Source: Lama guanicoe
Taxonomy: Eukaryota
Assembly: GCA_013239625.1 (NCBI GenBank)
Contig: MU054391.1
Location: forward strand, 9,519,095 to 9,583,094
Length of the DNA stretch: 64,000 nt
Direction: 5' to 3'
This document shows, in pieces, positions 38,181 through 51,547 of this stretch. Numbering within the stretch: the first letter of the stretch is position 1; each line of letters opens with the position of its first letter. A program made the translations under genes and the position numbers. The notes under the pieces are model-generated. The model was given only the letters and a program-made list of their open reading frames with translations. It was not told the origin of the DNA and ran no database searches.

Positions 38181-40808
38181 AGCCAGAGGCCACCTCTCTC
38201 GGTCCCATGAATGGGGATCAAGTGGAGAGGCAGGCCTGCTGAGGAAGCACGGCTGCTCGACAGATCGACTCAGTGCTCGGCGGGGCTGTGTGAGGATCTG
38301 GTGCAGGGAGCAAGTATAAAGAAGGCTGGCGTGGAAAATCAAGCCACGTCCTCCACTCCAATCCTACCAACAACAAAGTCGCTTTGATTCCCACCCAGCT
38401 GAACCTTCTATCTCGTAACTGACTGCATCTTGGGAAGACAGGATGCTGTTTATTGTTCTCTCCCGTCAAACCCGAAAGATGTGATAGAAATATTTCTATT
38501 CCCATGGAAGTAGCACAAGCATAAAATTCAGAGCCAAGCACAAAGCAAAGGCAGTAGTCCTCCCTAGGTCCTTAGGGGCACAGGTTTCAAAAACATCTAT
38601 GCTGATTTCATTAGGGGGTTTTCAGCAGAAACAAATATGGACGTGGGTGAAACTTCCCCAGGAGACAGGTTTCCGAGACAAGTGGAATTCCACAGCAAAA
38701 AGGCAGTGACACCAGCCCTGTGACACTTAACTGAAAGGAATGCAGAGCTTAAATGAGGAAACAGAAACTCGGAAGGCAGAGTGACTAGAGACAAGGACGT
38801 GTAAAATACATCAGTCCCAGAAAGAAGACAGTATAGACATTTTTCCTTCCTCCATGGAGAACGTACACCAGATAACCTCTTGATGGTAGCCCTACCCAAC
38901 CGATCTCTGGACAACTGGTTTGACCTGACATCCTGGCAAAGCTAAATCCAGTAAGGTTTTCTGTCTCTCCTCCTTCGCTCCCATCCCACCAAGCCCCTTC
39001 TACGCTCTCCAGCATTCTAGGAAGTGTATTTGGATGGAACTAAGAACAGGATTCAAGAACCCTGCTTTGCCTGGCTAACTGTTTCAGGGCTGGTGAACTG
39101 CATGAGTTTTCTAAATTATATGGTTCTGAAGCTGGGGCTGAAACAGTTTTATTTTTTTCTGGTTTTCTTTTGGAGTTTTTAAAAATGGGATGCATACAAA
39201 ACTTGTGGTGGGATTAATTTAACTTCAGATTTGCTGAAGAAGCTACACTAACTCAAGGGGAACAGGGGTGTTCTGCCGAAGGAACCAGCTGTTGTCCAGA
39301 CATCTAACTCCGACCTCTCTGGCTAAGACAGAGTAGAAACCAGGAAAAATCACCTATCAACTTTAATTTTGTTCAACTTATGAAATTTGGATTTTGATGT
39401 AATTGAACTTTAACTAAAAGGGCAAGAGGATTTGATTTTGAGGATGTCAATTTTAGGATGTCAATTTCTCCCTCAGAATTTAATAACGGGAATTTAAATT
39501 TGGGCCATTTGAAAGTTGCTGACCTCTAATACTTGGCATATTTCTACTCTCATTTAAGCTCACTGCTTAACTTCTGATGAGTTTTAATTATCAATCTGGT
39601 TGGGCAAACTCTGAGACGGGAAATAGAATAGAGAGTAAATTTTTAAGCTAGTCTACAGGGAGTCAGAAGAGTGTGGTCCTCTGACCTATTTTAGAGTTTT
39701 CCGGAAGCAGAGGCTGCACTGTCACGACTGACCTCAGGAGGACACGCCACAGGACTCAGGTGCAAGAGGAGTGGCCTCGTGACATGGGAGCACCGGGACC
39801 AGGTCCTGACAGACGCTGGACTCTTTTCTCCCCTCACTGGCAAGAGGTTTCATTATTAAGCCTAATCAGTCAAGGAAACGAAAAGCCCACTGCCCTCTCC
39901 CCATCCTTCCATTACAAGGAGAAAACTCCCACTGCAGTCAACAGGCAGAAACTCAGGGAAGAGCGCATCCATCCAGCGTCTCTCTCCCCTCCGCCCTCTC
40001 CCCGCAGGATGAGAACATGTCTATGTCGCTGCTCCCTGTCTGCCCTCAGTATACACTCATCCTTGGCTTCCTTATAGAATTACTCTCTGCAGCAGCTCTA
40101 ACTAGGCAAGTTTCAAACAAGTTTCAAACAAACTTTGGGGAAAGATAGATCATTAGGTTGCAAATCCAGGCCACGCTCCCCAATTTTAGCTCTTCCAACA
40201 ATATCTATTTATGGTTGATATTTATTTTCACCTTTCTGAATTTTAAAAGGAGGTGTGAGTAAAGGAGGGGTGGAACTATGATTAAGCATCACCCTCAAAC
40301 TCTATTGCATACAGGTCACCCCCAAAATCACCCCTTCTCTGCTCTGATATCCTGGCCTGGGAATAAAGTTGAGGACACGAGGTTTAAGGAGGACCCCTTA
40401 GGAGCTGCACCCTTACTCCAAGCCCCTTCTCCTTTCTGATATGTCTCCCCTAGAGAACTCCCTGCTAAGCTTGATTAATAATAAAAGATAAATGTGTTAG
40501 CTGAAAAAACTACAAAGGCTAAAATTTGTTGAAGGAAAAACATACTGCAAGTTTATAAGTTCAAAGGGTGGTACAATGATACTACCATGCACACATCCCC
40601 TTTACATTTTCAAATTCTTTCTGACACTTCTCTACCTGGAAAGCTGATGCAGAAGTGTCAGACAATAAATGGAAATTTTAAGACAATCCTTTATGCAGGT
40701 ACCAGACACATCTTCATTATTATCTCAATTACAAATACTTAGGAAGCTGACCTGCTCTTCCGTGTGCGTATCAAGGATGCCTGTGGTTTGGGAAACAATA
40801 ACCTATGA

Positions 40809-42336
40809 CAATGGTTCTTGAAGGGGGTCCACAAACCACAAGAGTCCAAGACTCTTTCAAGGAGTCTGCGAAGTCAAAATTATTTTGATAATGACCCTAA
40901 AACATTATTTTCCTTTTTTCACTGTGCTGACATTTGTATGATGGTGAAAAAGCAAATGGTGGAGAAAACCGCGGGGCCTTGGCAGAAACCAGGGGAGTGG
41001 CACCAAACTGCACTAAGAGTCCCTGTGTGTTCCGCGGGCAGTTTCACTTAAGGATATTCATGATGAAGGAGTAAAAACGGTTATTTTGTGAAACCTCAAC
41101 CACTGAGTGCATATTTACATGCAGAACTGAAAGATACACACAAAATGCTTCTCTGTGTGCTCAAGTGTCGTAATGAAAGAGCATCCATGTGATGTCTGAA
41201 TTCTGAGTAGCTGAAGGAGCTGCCTTCTGCAAGCATTACTGTTTCTGCCTGAAAGAACAACTAACAGACATCAATGGCTATTCAGACCTGCACATGTGGC
41301 AAACCTTTTCTCCAAAGTGTACAAAGTGGGCCTGTCACTTCAGGGAAAACAATTCACAGTATTTGTTGCCAAAGATAAAATTTGAGCTTTCAGGCAAATA
41401 TTGGAATTCTGGAAGACTTGTACCCACCACCGTGAGACTGATGGCTTCCCAATATTCAACGACTCATCGGATGAGATGAGTGTTCATAATAATCCATGAG
41501 ACTGTGCTGATAATGTAAAATGCACTGTATCAGCATTTGGATAATTTGCATAACTCAGGGAGCCACTAGTTTCCAAATGCTGAATGCATTATATTACAAA
41601 TCATACTTGGCCAAAAGAGCCATTCAAAGTGCAAACTAGAATGATGGTTTTACTGCAAAGTACTACAAAAAGATCAAGGATAGGGTTTCTGATTTCACAT
41701 TACAACTAGTCTTTAAGAATCTATCATGTTGAGTTTTAGTGTAGCATTAAAGAACACCCAAAACTACACTGTAGGCTATTAAAAACTCCTGGAATCTCTT
41801 CATTTTCTTCAACCAAAACAACAAAAATTGAATACAGAAACAAATACAAGAACCCAGCTGTGTTCCATTAAGCCAGACATGTAACTGTAAAATGTGGTCA
41901 CTCTTTCATTATTTTTTTCTTTTTGAAATAAAGTTATTTCCCATTAAGAGATGCTATTCATGTCAACCTATAAATGGGTCTATTATTGGTAGTTTTAAGT
42001 GAACTAAACAAATATTTCTAAAATTTCTTGGTTTTAACTTCTTTTTTTAAAGTCATTTTTATTTATTTACTTATTTTTATTTGGGGGGTAATTAGGTTTA
42101 TTTATTTACTTATTTATTTTATTATTTTAGAGGAGGTACTGGGGACTGAACTCAGGACCTCCTGCACGCTGAGCACGCACTCTACCACTTGAGCTATACT
42201 CTTCCCCCCATTTTAACTTCTACTATGATAAACAATGATATATTTATTGTAATATATAAACAAAAGTTATTTAAGGTCCTCAATAATTTTTAAGAATATT
42301 AAGGCATACAGAGATCAACAGATTTAAGAATTGCCA
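40809..42336. mobile_element. Charlie1a-like hAT DNA transposon (degenerate)
   Basis: Starts caatggttcttgaagggggtcc...gaagtcaaaattatttt...gtggcaccaaactgcact; ends ggtcctcaataatttttaagaat...gatttaagaattgcc. Confidence 0.8.
42043..42209 (-). mobile_element. tRNA-Ala-derived camelid SINE with AT-rich tail and 11-bp target-site duplication, inserted in the Charlie element
   Basis: ggaggtactggggactgaactcaggacctcctgcacgctgagcacgcactctaccacttgagctatactcttcccc; ttttaacttct at 42032-42042 and 42211-42221. Confidence 0.88.
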
Positions 42337-43036
42337 ATATATGATAATAATTATTTGAACAATCACTTTGAGTATCTACTTTACACTATGCTAGAAACTA
42401 GAGCTTTTAAGATTAAAGGCACCATCCCTGCCCTCAAAGAATTTCTAATTTCACAGAGGGTGTAATTCTCGATTATAATAATTTTACTGTAAAGAAAAAA
42501 ATACCCTTCATTTTAAGTGTCTTATAGGCGCATTTTTTACATCTGGGTATCTCCAATGGCAATTAATATTGTACATGGCACACAGTAATGCCTACAGACT
42601 TAGTGATCCAACAGAGTTAAGCATCAGAAAGCCATGTATCATGCCATGCAATTAGGGACTGTGCTTTATCTAAATATTTTTACATAGGCTTCAGACACCA
42701 ACTGCTCATTATGGTGAAAAATGTGCTCCCATCCTTAGTCACAAGATGGTATTAGCAGCGTGAAGACCCTGAGGTTACAACTATAATGCAGCCTTTTGAT
42801 TCAGACTTAAACTTAAGAAACAAATCTTTTTAGGTCATATTATGGTTTTTAACAAATTTTTTTCTTTCAGATTTTTATGCCAAATAATTCGGATAATAGG
42901 ATAGGGGAGGAAATAGCAGCTTAGGTCAAGGATCTGAACAGTCATAATATGGAAAAGTGAGGCCCTGATGCTGTTCCCACAGCCCCAGGAGACAGAACCC
43001 AAAAGTGGGAATTACAAGGAGAAACAGAAAGATCGC

Positions 43037-43085
43037 ATGTGTGTGTATGTGTGTATGTGTGAATGAATATAAAGTGTGTGTGTGA
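43037..43085. repeat. Imperfect (TG)n microsatellite
   Basis: atgtgtgtgtatgtgtgtatgtgtg...gtgtgtgtgtg. Confidence 0.75.
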
Positions 43086-46000
43086 ATAGATGTAAAAGCC
43101 GAGGTAATAGCTTAATTAGCAATAGAAATGATGCTTGAAGGTCAGAGGTCAGACTAGACAAGAGGTTCTCAACAATTTTCTGCTCTAACCCAAAGCAGGT
43201 ATGTTCCCATCAGCAACAAGTGGTGGGAGCTGAAACACAGGGTGTGTGCAGGCTGGGGGGAGGGGGTGGATGCCGCCCCAATTCCCGGCTGAGAAGCATC
43301 GGGCAGGATACTCACAGGCCCCCTCTGATTCTGTGATGACCTGGGGATTTTAAAGGATTCTGGCAAACTTCTAGGTGGCATTTCCTAAGTAAGAGGAGTA
43401 GTCTCCACGTCCTCACTTTTGGATGTAGCTACACCAGAGACTGAAAGCGAGTGGGGAGTATAAAACACGAAGGCCGGGATTACACGGAAGCTCCCCCTTA
43501 TCTAAAACCACACGCTGTCTGAACCAAGAGAATAGTGTGTTGACCTGCATTTCTGCTTCACTGACCGTTTTCCTGGATTTCTCACCCACTAGCTTGTTCT
43601 CTGACCCTTCTACAAAAATGTTTCTAATTACTGAATTGGAAAAGCCACAAGAGAGCAACTCTAACCTGATCCAACGGAGACACAACAACAATGCACCTTA
43701 AACATCTGTATGCTTTTCCCTTCTGCAAATTCATCACCTTAAATATCATGCAAATTCAATCTCTGCCTACATGACATGATGCCATTTTGTGAATATTTTC
43801 CCCAGAATTTCTACAAATTCAGCTATCGCAAAATGGCAACTGAGTAACTCTTCTCATGAAGGCAAAGAGCCTTCTCTGGCTTACTTCATCATGGAATGGG
43901 TACTAAATTCAGGCTTGGGGAAACGCCTCTCTGAACTCCAGTATCTGAACTGCTTACTGTGCTGTCTAGCAGCAGTTCCCCAGTTCTCTCCAAAAGCTTG
44001 GCTCTGAATTGAACGTGGGGACACGTTTAAAAACTGCACACTACATATGAGTAATATACACTCAGTTTCCATCTTTAGCATTGTGTACAAGCTGTGGCAA
44101 CATCTGGTATTTTGCAAACTTGGCCACAACCAGCTGCATTCCTTTTCCAAATGTGCCCTCTGACATGTGAGGGCTGTATTTCAGTTTGAATTTCACACTC
44201 TCTCTAGGATAGTATTGTGTGATTTCAAACATGCATTGTATCTAAACTTCATACTTTCCCTCTCTGAATGGAAAATGGAAAGCTTGCCAATTAATAAAAG
44301 GAGAAGAAAGATAAAGCTAGACTAAAGATGTAATTTAGTGTGTCTGTGCCCCTTTTCTACAGCTTACTGACTCAGTAGAGAACCACTTCTTGATATAGTT
44401 TACAATAAACGAATATCTTGCTGAAAACTACACCACCTGAACTAAGAGAAAGAAACGCTGTAATCAATTGACTCAGTCCTTCCTGGGTCAGCTACGCAGC
44501 TTTTCCTCAGGAAAAAAATGCACATATGCTCACAACTGTCATGCATTTTCAGGTGGCTGGTTGAAGGGTATCTTAAAGATACACAATTAAGAAACTAAGG
44601 TGATGAAAATGTGCTATAATTCAAAATCATCTGACTTCAAACATCATATGTAACTGAAACTGAGTAGATTCTCCATCCAACTCGTCAAGTTGTTTAATCA
44701 GGAGTGAATAAATCAGGAGAGTCTGGACTGTCTGCCCACCTCCACATGCACACTCACAACTAGCACACGGCCTTGGCTGGCCATGCTAGGCTTTGTCCCT
44801 GCCCTCCTGTAAAACATGTAAAACCTCCTTCCGTCTGGGCCCCTCCGTCTTCCTGGCCACTCTGCTTGTTCGTCAGGCTCCTTCAGCCAGTTCACAGGAG
44901 CCATTTTCTTGGATTTCAACTCCCTACGTGGTTCAGCCCCTCCCTTCTAACACGTACTTTCTGCATTGCTAGTACCTACTCGGACTAGAACCTCGTCATC
45001 CTTGGAGACTGAAATCCAATGTTTGCTGGACTGTTGTCTTTTCAGACATTGTGAGGTGCCTGCCTGGCCTTCCTCATTAGGCTCGGCCCTGCTCTGCACC
45101 CATCCCACAACAGGCTGCTCCGCTTGGACTGAAAATGCTTAGGGCTCTCTGGTCCCACTGCCCTCCCTTGACTCTGGCTGTTTGTTCCACAACTTCTTAG
45201 AGACAGTACAGCTTGCTGGTTAGGAGCAAAGGCCCGGAATAAGCCTCCTGGGGCTGAAATTGTGGCCCCTCTATTACCAAGTTAACTCTGTCGAACCTCT
45301 GTTTCCCCCTTCCTATTAAAATCAGGGTAATACTATTATCTGTTTCACAGATTACTCAGTCTCAGCCTGATTCCAGAGGCTGAACCACAGAGGCAACAAG
45401 TAGCAGGTTCAAAGTTCAAAGCCACAGGACTCCAAACCTGTGTTCTTTTCAAATATATTGTGCTACTTCCTTTAACAATCATCCTCATTTTTTCCTTAAA
45501 AAACAACAAAAAATGATTATTTCCTTTTTACAGCAATGGCTGTAAAATTTAAAACCAAGTATTAACTAAACTGGGTTATAATAATAAGGAAATGAAGTCC
45601 TGAGTTACCCACAACTGTTAATCTAGCAAGTTAGTTGAAACTAGTATTCCCCATGGATGCTTCAGCCTCCACCTGTGCCAACCTCCAAGTGAATGCCCTG
45701 CATCCTTGGCCTCTGCACTCAACTTGCAGGGTAATACTCGCTATAATAAACATACATGGGATCGGGTACAGGGCAGACTTGCCAACCTGGGGGAAAGAGA
45801 AGGCAGCGGCAAAGATGGGCAAGAGAAAATGAAAAGGAAGTTTCAAGTACAACCCAGTTCAGAAACCAGGGGCTGGGAGATTTTCTAGGAGAGATTATGC
45901 CGTGTCCAAGCAGTGAGAAATTTACATTTGTTTCACAGTGGTGTCCGGGTGGGAGGGCAGGAAGGGGAGGAGAAGGACCCACATCTCCTGTTCTGAGTGA

Positions 46001-46524
46001 AACTACACGTGGTTGAAGGATCGAGAGCCGGAATCAGAGCCCAGTTAAAGGGCTCAGACCTGAGCATGGAGTGGACATTGGAAAATGCGACAGAGAATCC
46101 CATGGGTAATTTTATCATCAAATCATGTACTACATGGTATTCATGGGAAGTTTCTTTAAGACCTCGATTTAACCACAGCTAAGCTGTCAGCCTGGCGCGG
46201 AAGGCAAGCACTGGAGGTTCCTCCCGACTGTCAACTGGAAAGAACAGCACGGGGCAATTACCATAAAATGACATGAGAACTACAATATGTGCAAAATGCA
46301 CGTGCAGATTAGAACAGTCACGCTGGACTCAGGCTACTTGCACGACTGTGGCAGGAAAATGACTTCTCAGTGAAAACACCTCGTGCTTGGTAAAAACCAA
46401 AAACGCCTAACACGTAAGTACTCCCCATCTCAACGGAGGAAATGAAAACAAAATCTACAGAACGTAAGAGCGATTTTGTTTCTTTTAAAGTGTTCAATCT
46501 ACTTTAAATGATCTTTTCGGTTAC

Positions 46525-46859
46525 CTTGGTCACAGCTTTTGGAGAGAATGTAACCGCATCCACCACAGTGATGAGGTCCCCCGGGCGCAGGCGATCGAAG
46601 TACTTCGCGCAGACGTCGAAGGCCTGCAGCCACTCCGGGCAGGACGCTGGGACTTGCTTAATGAGGTGAGGGTCTCCGGTCCAGAACAACTTCTGCAACC
46701 AGATGGTGTACAGAGAGCTTGGCGAAAGCATCCGTCCATCCTTTTCAGGAATTTTGGGAACAAGTTTAGAAATAGATAAGATATTCTGACTTGAAAGGAC
46801 TGGCTCCAATGCCTCAAGAGGATTCGTGTTTTCATCCGTCAGCTTTTTATAATTAAGAC
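46525..46859 (-). CDS. NBAS: NBAS coding exon, 335 nt (GLNYKKLTDENTNPLEALEP...TFSPKAVTK)
   Basis: Acceptor ...ttttcttttcaatag|GTCTTAAT, donor AAG|gtaacc; lies within ORF 46504..46929. Confidence 0.96.
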
Positions 46860-47853
46860 CTATTGAAAAGAAAAGGAAAAAAAGGAGTAGTTCATTCCAA
46901 CATAAACACACAGGAGCTTTCAAACACACGCGCAGCCCCTTGCATGGCTGGCTGAGAAGCCTTCTCTAGCAATGTAGTCACAGCGGACAGCTTAGTCTGG
47001 CAATCAGTTCCATCAGAAGATCTGAGTTCAAAGTCTCTGCCTGCAACTTAGTGAACGGTGCAGTCCTCAACAGGTCACTCGGCTCCTGTGCGCCCGTCTT
47101 CTCATCCGGGCACTGGTGACAGCCATACCTCCTCGCTTCTTCAGTCCCTCCATGACATCTATGTTTCTTTCCATGACTGTGCTCCCCAGGCTGCATGACA
47201 TTCGCCATTCATCTGGCATCTCATCTGAAGGCAGGGATGGAACCTTACCCCCTTTCCTCTGTGTCTAGTCCAGGGTCTACTTCAGTTACCCCGTAAACCA
47301 CTGAGAAACGAAGTAAATGCTCGCAATTGTTACAAGCATCAGATGAATGTAGATTTGAAAGTGTCTTGCAAATTATAAAGAATCACACAGATTTGAGAGG
47401 TATGAATTCTTAGCTGTGAGTGTAAAGATACAGAGACACCATTCTAAAGATCTTCACTATTTATCAAAGATTCAAAGGCTCTGATTTTAAGGGTTTCATA
47501 TATACTTCAAACATACAGGCCCCACTGAAGTGAAATTCTGCCAAACTGCCTGTTGTCATTTACATAGAGAAAACATAAAAATGGGAGTATGGAGAAAGCC
47601 TCTGGAGCATTCATCAGAAACTCTGGATATTAGTACCAGGTCTACTTAAGTCATTGTATGACAAGTTTCTCTAGTATTTAATTCCCTCAACAGTAAGTAA
47701 AGGAGCTGGAAAGATAATAACTAAAGTCGATCAGCATCAAAATGCTGTGGCTTCTCAGTCATAACAGCCCCAGTGCAGGGACATGACTGTGTATAGACAA
47801 TTAAGCCCCAGGTTTAACTTAAAGAATGAGTTCAAGCAGGAAAATGATCTTAC

Positions 47854-48104
47854 CTGACGCAACTACCTTAAATTTCTTCAGCAGACGAATGTGGGTTTCT
47901 GGCTTAATGGCGTATGTTCCCAGATCTGCACAGCCACAGCTTTCCAGCAGAGTGAAGTAATACAGCAGCCTTTCAAGATCAAAGCCACCAATCGTGGGGT
48001 AAATATACTTGATCATGTGCTTGTGAAAGGCTTCGGGATCCGTCTTCAAGGTCTCGAAGAGATGAAGGGACTGAGCGCGGTTTTCAATTTCTACTGTGGA
48101 CAAA
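47854..48104 (-). CDS. NBAS: NBAS coding exon, 251 nt (LSTVEIENRAQSLHLFETLK...LLKKFKVVAS)
   Basis: Acceptor ...ctcttaactttag|TTTGTCC, donor TCAG|gtaaga; lies within ORF 47819..48121. Confidence 0.96.
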
Positions 48105-49980
48105 CTAAAGTTAAGAGACAAATTGTATTAAGATTTGGTTCCTTTATTAAACAACACGCTTTTTTTTTCTTTAAACCAAGGAAGGAAGGCTACTTCTTAC
48201 CAGCCCCTTCTTGCTTCCTAATCAAAGATAGTAAACCACCAGAGTGCAGGTCACTTACATAAAGGAAAACAAACGTGTTCAATGCCTGCTATGGTACTAC
48301 ACGATTTTCGTGTTATCTCAGGCGGGTCTACAGTAACCCTGGGAGGTAGGCATCAGTTCACATGCCTGCAGCAGAGAGCTGCCCAATGATTAGCAGCTAG
48401 GAAATGAGCCGAGATCTATCACTTTCCACTATGCATTATTTATTCCTGTCACACAAAATATTTTAAGTCTGAGCTTCATTATAAAAATGTAAACAAACTT
48501 AGTATTTCAGGAATTTAGAAAACAGTGAGGGGAAGAAACAACTCCAACTTCTGGGCATAAGTTTTATATCCAAGAGGTCTGACTCAGTATTCAGCAGACA
48601 GAAACTCGACACTGGGTTCTAACAGAAATAAACTAGGGAAGAATAGTTTGCAATTTCACTTGAATTGTCTACAGTAATGAATGCCACTTGAACAAAGTAC
48701 CTGTCTTAATACTTTCACCTTGACTTAGATGTTCTTATAATGTAATTTTTTAAAGTCATTTAAGGTTAAACTATTGGAAAAAAAAAGTTTTTTAAGGAGT
48801 TTGGTTGCTCAGTTTGTTTTTTTTTGGGTGAAGGGGAGGGCTTAATTTTTTTCTTCTGTTTCTGTCCGGACAGAACACAGTGCCTCCTGCCCAGCGTAAC
48901 CCCAATGCCCCACACAGGATGCGTTTCAAACTTTCTGACTGTAAGAGGTGCTCAGGCAGCCCTTAGCACTAACAGAAATGCCCACCTTCCAGGGTTCATG
49001 GCAGCAGCAAAGTATCTGAGAGCAGGAAGTAAGGCCTCTGGCAGGATCAAAGTTAGGTTTCATAATGTTTAGAAGCAACTCCTCTGAAATATGGTACCCT
49101 GTTTATTGGAATTTCGACTTTCAGTAAGTGCCCACACATGTTTTTGTTTTATGTACATAAAGTTAATACAAAACGTGTTTTCAAATTTTTGTGAGAATGT
49201 GATAAAACTTGGGATAACAGCAACAGTCCAAGCAATTAAGAAATACTTTTTTAATCTCCACTTCAAGAGATACCCTATTTTTCTATTAAGACACAATTCA
49301 AACATTTACAAAAATATCCCTATCTATAAAAATGTCCCTGGTCTATAAAAGTTTCTGAGAATGTCTTCTATTCATAACATGCTTTGATAATTTACCACTC
49401 TGCCTATCTCCCTTGACTATGTACCACGTGATGGCAAAGATGATACCACGACTTCTTGATCTTTAGTTTCTCAGGACCAAGCACCAGTGTGTGGTACAAA
49501 GGAAACATTCAACATGTGCCTTACAGATGGGCACCAAATAGACGTGTGGATGAACAAAAACTTAGGTGTCCTCTATCGCCAAAGCCCTGCATTCAGTAAC
49601 GGGGAAGATGGAAAGATTTACAACACAGGGCTCTCATCCGGCTGTTTGAAAATCCAATTGCATTACATTAAAAATACTGAACAATGAAAAACAGTAGTAT
49701 GGGCTGACAAAGGGCATGCAGTTATATTCCACTTAAGAGTAGGATCGCTAGAGCTGTCACTTCAGAGGAGGTTGGTATCAATGACAACAGAAGGCTTAAT
49801 GAAAGAAGCACCTGAGCTTGGTATTGTAGAAAGGAACAAAGCAGAAATAATATGAACAAAAGTATAAAGACAAGAAAGCACAAGGCATGGACAAGGAACA
49901 GTGAGTGTAAATGGAGAGCTGGTCTGAAACCACTCCTGACACCAACACTGTTCAGTGTGCAGCGCCTTCTCTGAGAGACG

Positions 49981-50490
49981 TGGGCAGACCTCACTGTACT
50001 GCCCTTCATTTTATTGCTCTTCACAGATACTTCTCTTCTCCTTCTCCCTTCTCCTTCTTCCTCTTCTTCTTTTTTTTTTTTTTTAACAAACTGAGGGTTG
50101 GTGGCACTCCTGTGTTGAGCAAGTACAATGGTGCCATTTTTCCAACTGTTTGCTCACTTCTGTCTCTGTGTCACATCTTGGTAATTCTTGCAATATTTCA
50201 AACTTTTTCATTATTGCTATATTTGTTATGGTTGTCTGTGATCAGTGGTCTTCGATGTTACTCTTATATTGTTTTGGCATTTTTTAGCAATAAAGTATCT
50301 TTTAATTAAGGTCTGGACATTTTTTTTAGACATTTTAGCCATAACGTTTTTGCAAACTTAACAGACTATGGTATAATATATATGTAACTTTTACATGCAC
50401 TGGGAAACAGTCATGTACTAGCTTCACTGTGACACTGGCTTTGTTGCAGTGATCTGCAACTGACCCTGCAGTGTCTCTGAGGTGTGACTG
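49981..50490. mobile_element. Internally deleted Tigger1-derived element
   Basis: Degenerate terminal repeats tgggcagacctc and gaggtgtgactg followed by TA; collinear with 9959-10392. Confidence 0.85.
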
Positions 50491-51501
50491 TACTGTACAC
50501 CCCATGGCAGAGGAAAGCCACAGAATTTCTGATGTTCCTTCATAATTTGCCAAATGAAGTCTGAAAACAATGTAGTGAAGAAGTAAATAAGGAATTGTGG
50601 AACCCATTAAGATGATTCAGACTGACAAAGGTTTGCAAACAGAACAATGTGCCCGATGCAGGAAGGAAGAAAAAGAAACAGCTTGCACGTATGACACTGA
50701 TTACTATGCCAGGCAAGTTAAATCTAGGCAATTACTAACCTACAGATGAGAAAATGTCACCAGACAGGTTAGAAGGCTTGCCTAAGACCAAGCGTCCAGA
50801 TCCGTCTGGACTCTGCATGGCTCTGCTCGCCTTGTCACAGAGCAGCCATCGATCAATGAAGTCAAGCGCCTGCACTAACAATCATTTCAAAAACAGGATT
50901 CTTTCTGTAACACAGACATAGGTTCTCTTCCCCTGCGAAAGAGTTCTCCTGCCATACTTCATTCCTATTACCCCGATCAGCAGAGTATCCAAGACAGACT
51001 CATCTACAAAATGGACAGACAATGACTAAATCATAACAGCTTCAGCTAATCCATGTTTGACTTGATTCTCAATATAGTCTCTCTCAATCAACATTACCTT
51101 CCCCCTCGCCCACCCACCTCTTCTGTGCCTACAATTCAGTTTGCTCAATGTGCAATTTTACCTAATTATCTTGTCAAGAGAGATACTGGAATACCTCTAC
51201 TGACACATGATAAATACTAAAACCTCCCTCTTCGCTAAATTACAATGTGCTAAGATCTTCTATAGTTGCCAGTAATCAATAACCCACTTTAATAGTTTCC
51301 ATAGAAAGAAGCTGTTATCTTTCCTTTGGAACAAGAAATGAAATCTCTGTTTAGAAAATAATTTCAAAGAATCTACATTCAAGAGAGTAGGAAGAAATAC
51401 CATGAAACTCCTGTGGACTTTTCACTAACCAAATCAATAATTACTCTTAAAGACTGTTTAAGTGCTTTTTCTAAGTTTTAGCTATAAGGCAAAAAAAAAT
51501 G

Positions 51502-51547
51502 TATATATATATATATATGCATATATACACACACAAATATACATATA
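51502..51547. repeat. (TA)n/(CA)n microsatellite
   Basis: tatatatatatatatatgcatatatacacacacaaatatacatata. Confidence 0.85.

Noticed and set aside
39330..39610. Possible conserved element or ncRNA in AT-rich unique sequence
   Set aside because: No recognisable RNA motif or convincing stem; only a 13-bp micro-duplication (aggatgtcaattt) is visible, so there is nothing to support a call.
40809..42336. Intact or domesticated hAT transposase
   Set aside because: Only short broken ORFs (77 and 61 aa) remain and a SINE interrupts the element.
46575..46650. CpG island or internal promoter
   Set aside because: The CpG cluster is short and confined to coding sequence, which codon usage explains.
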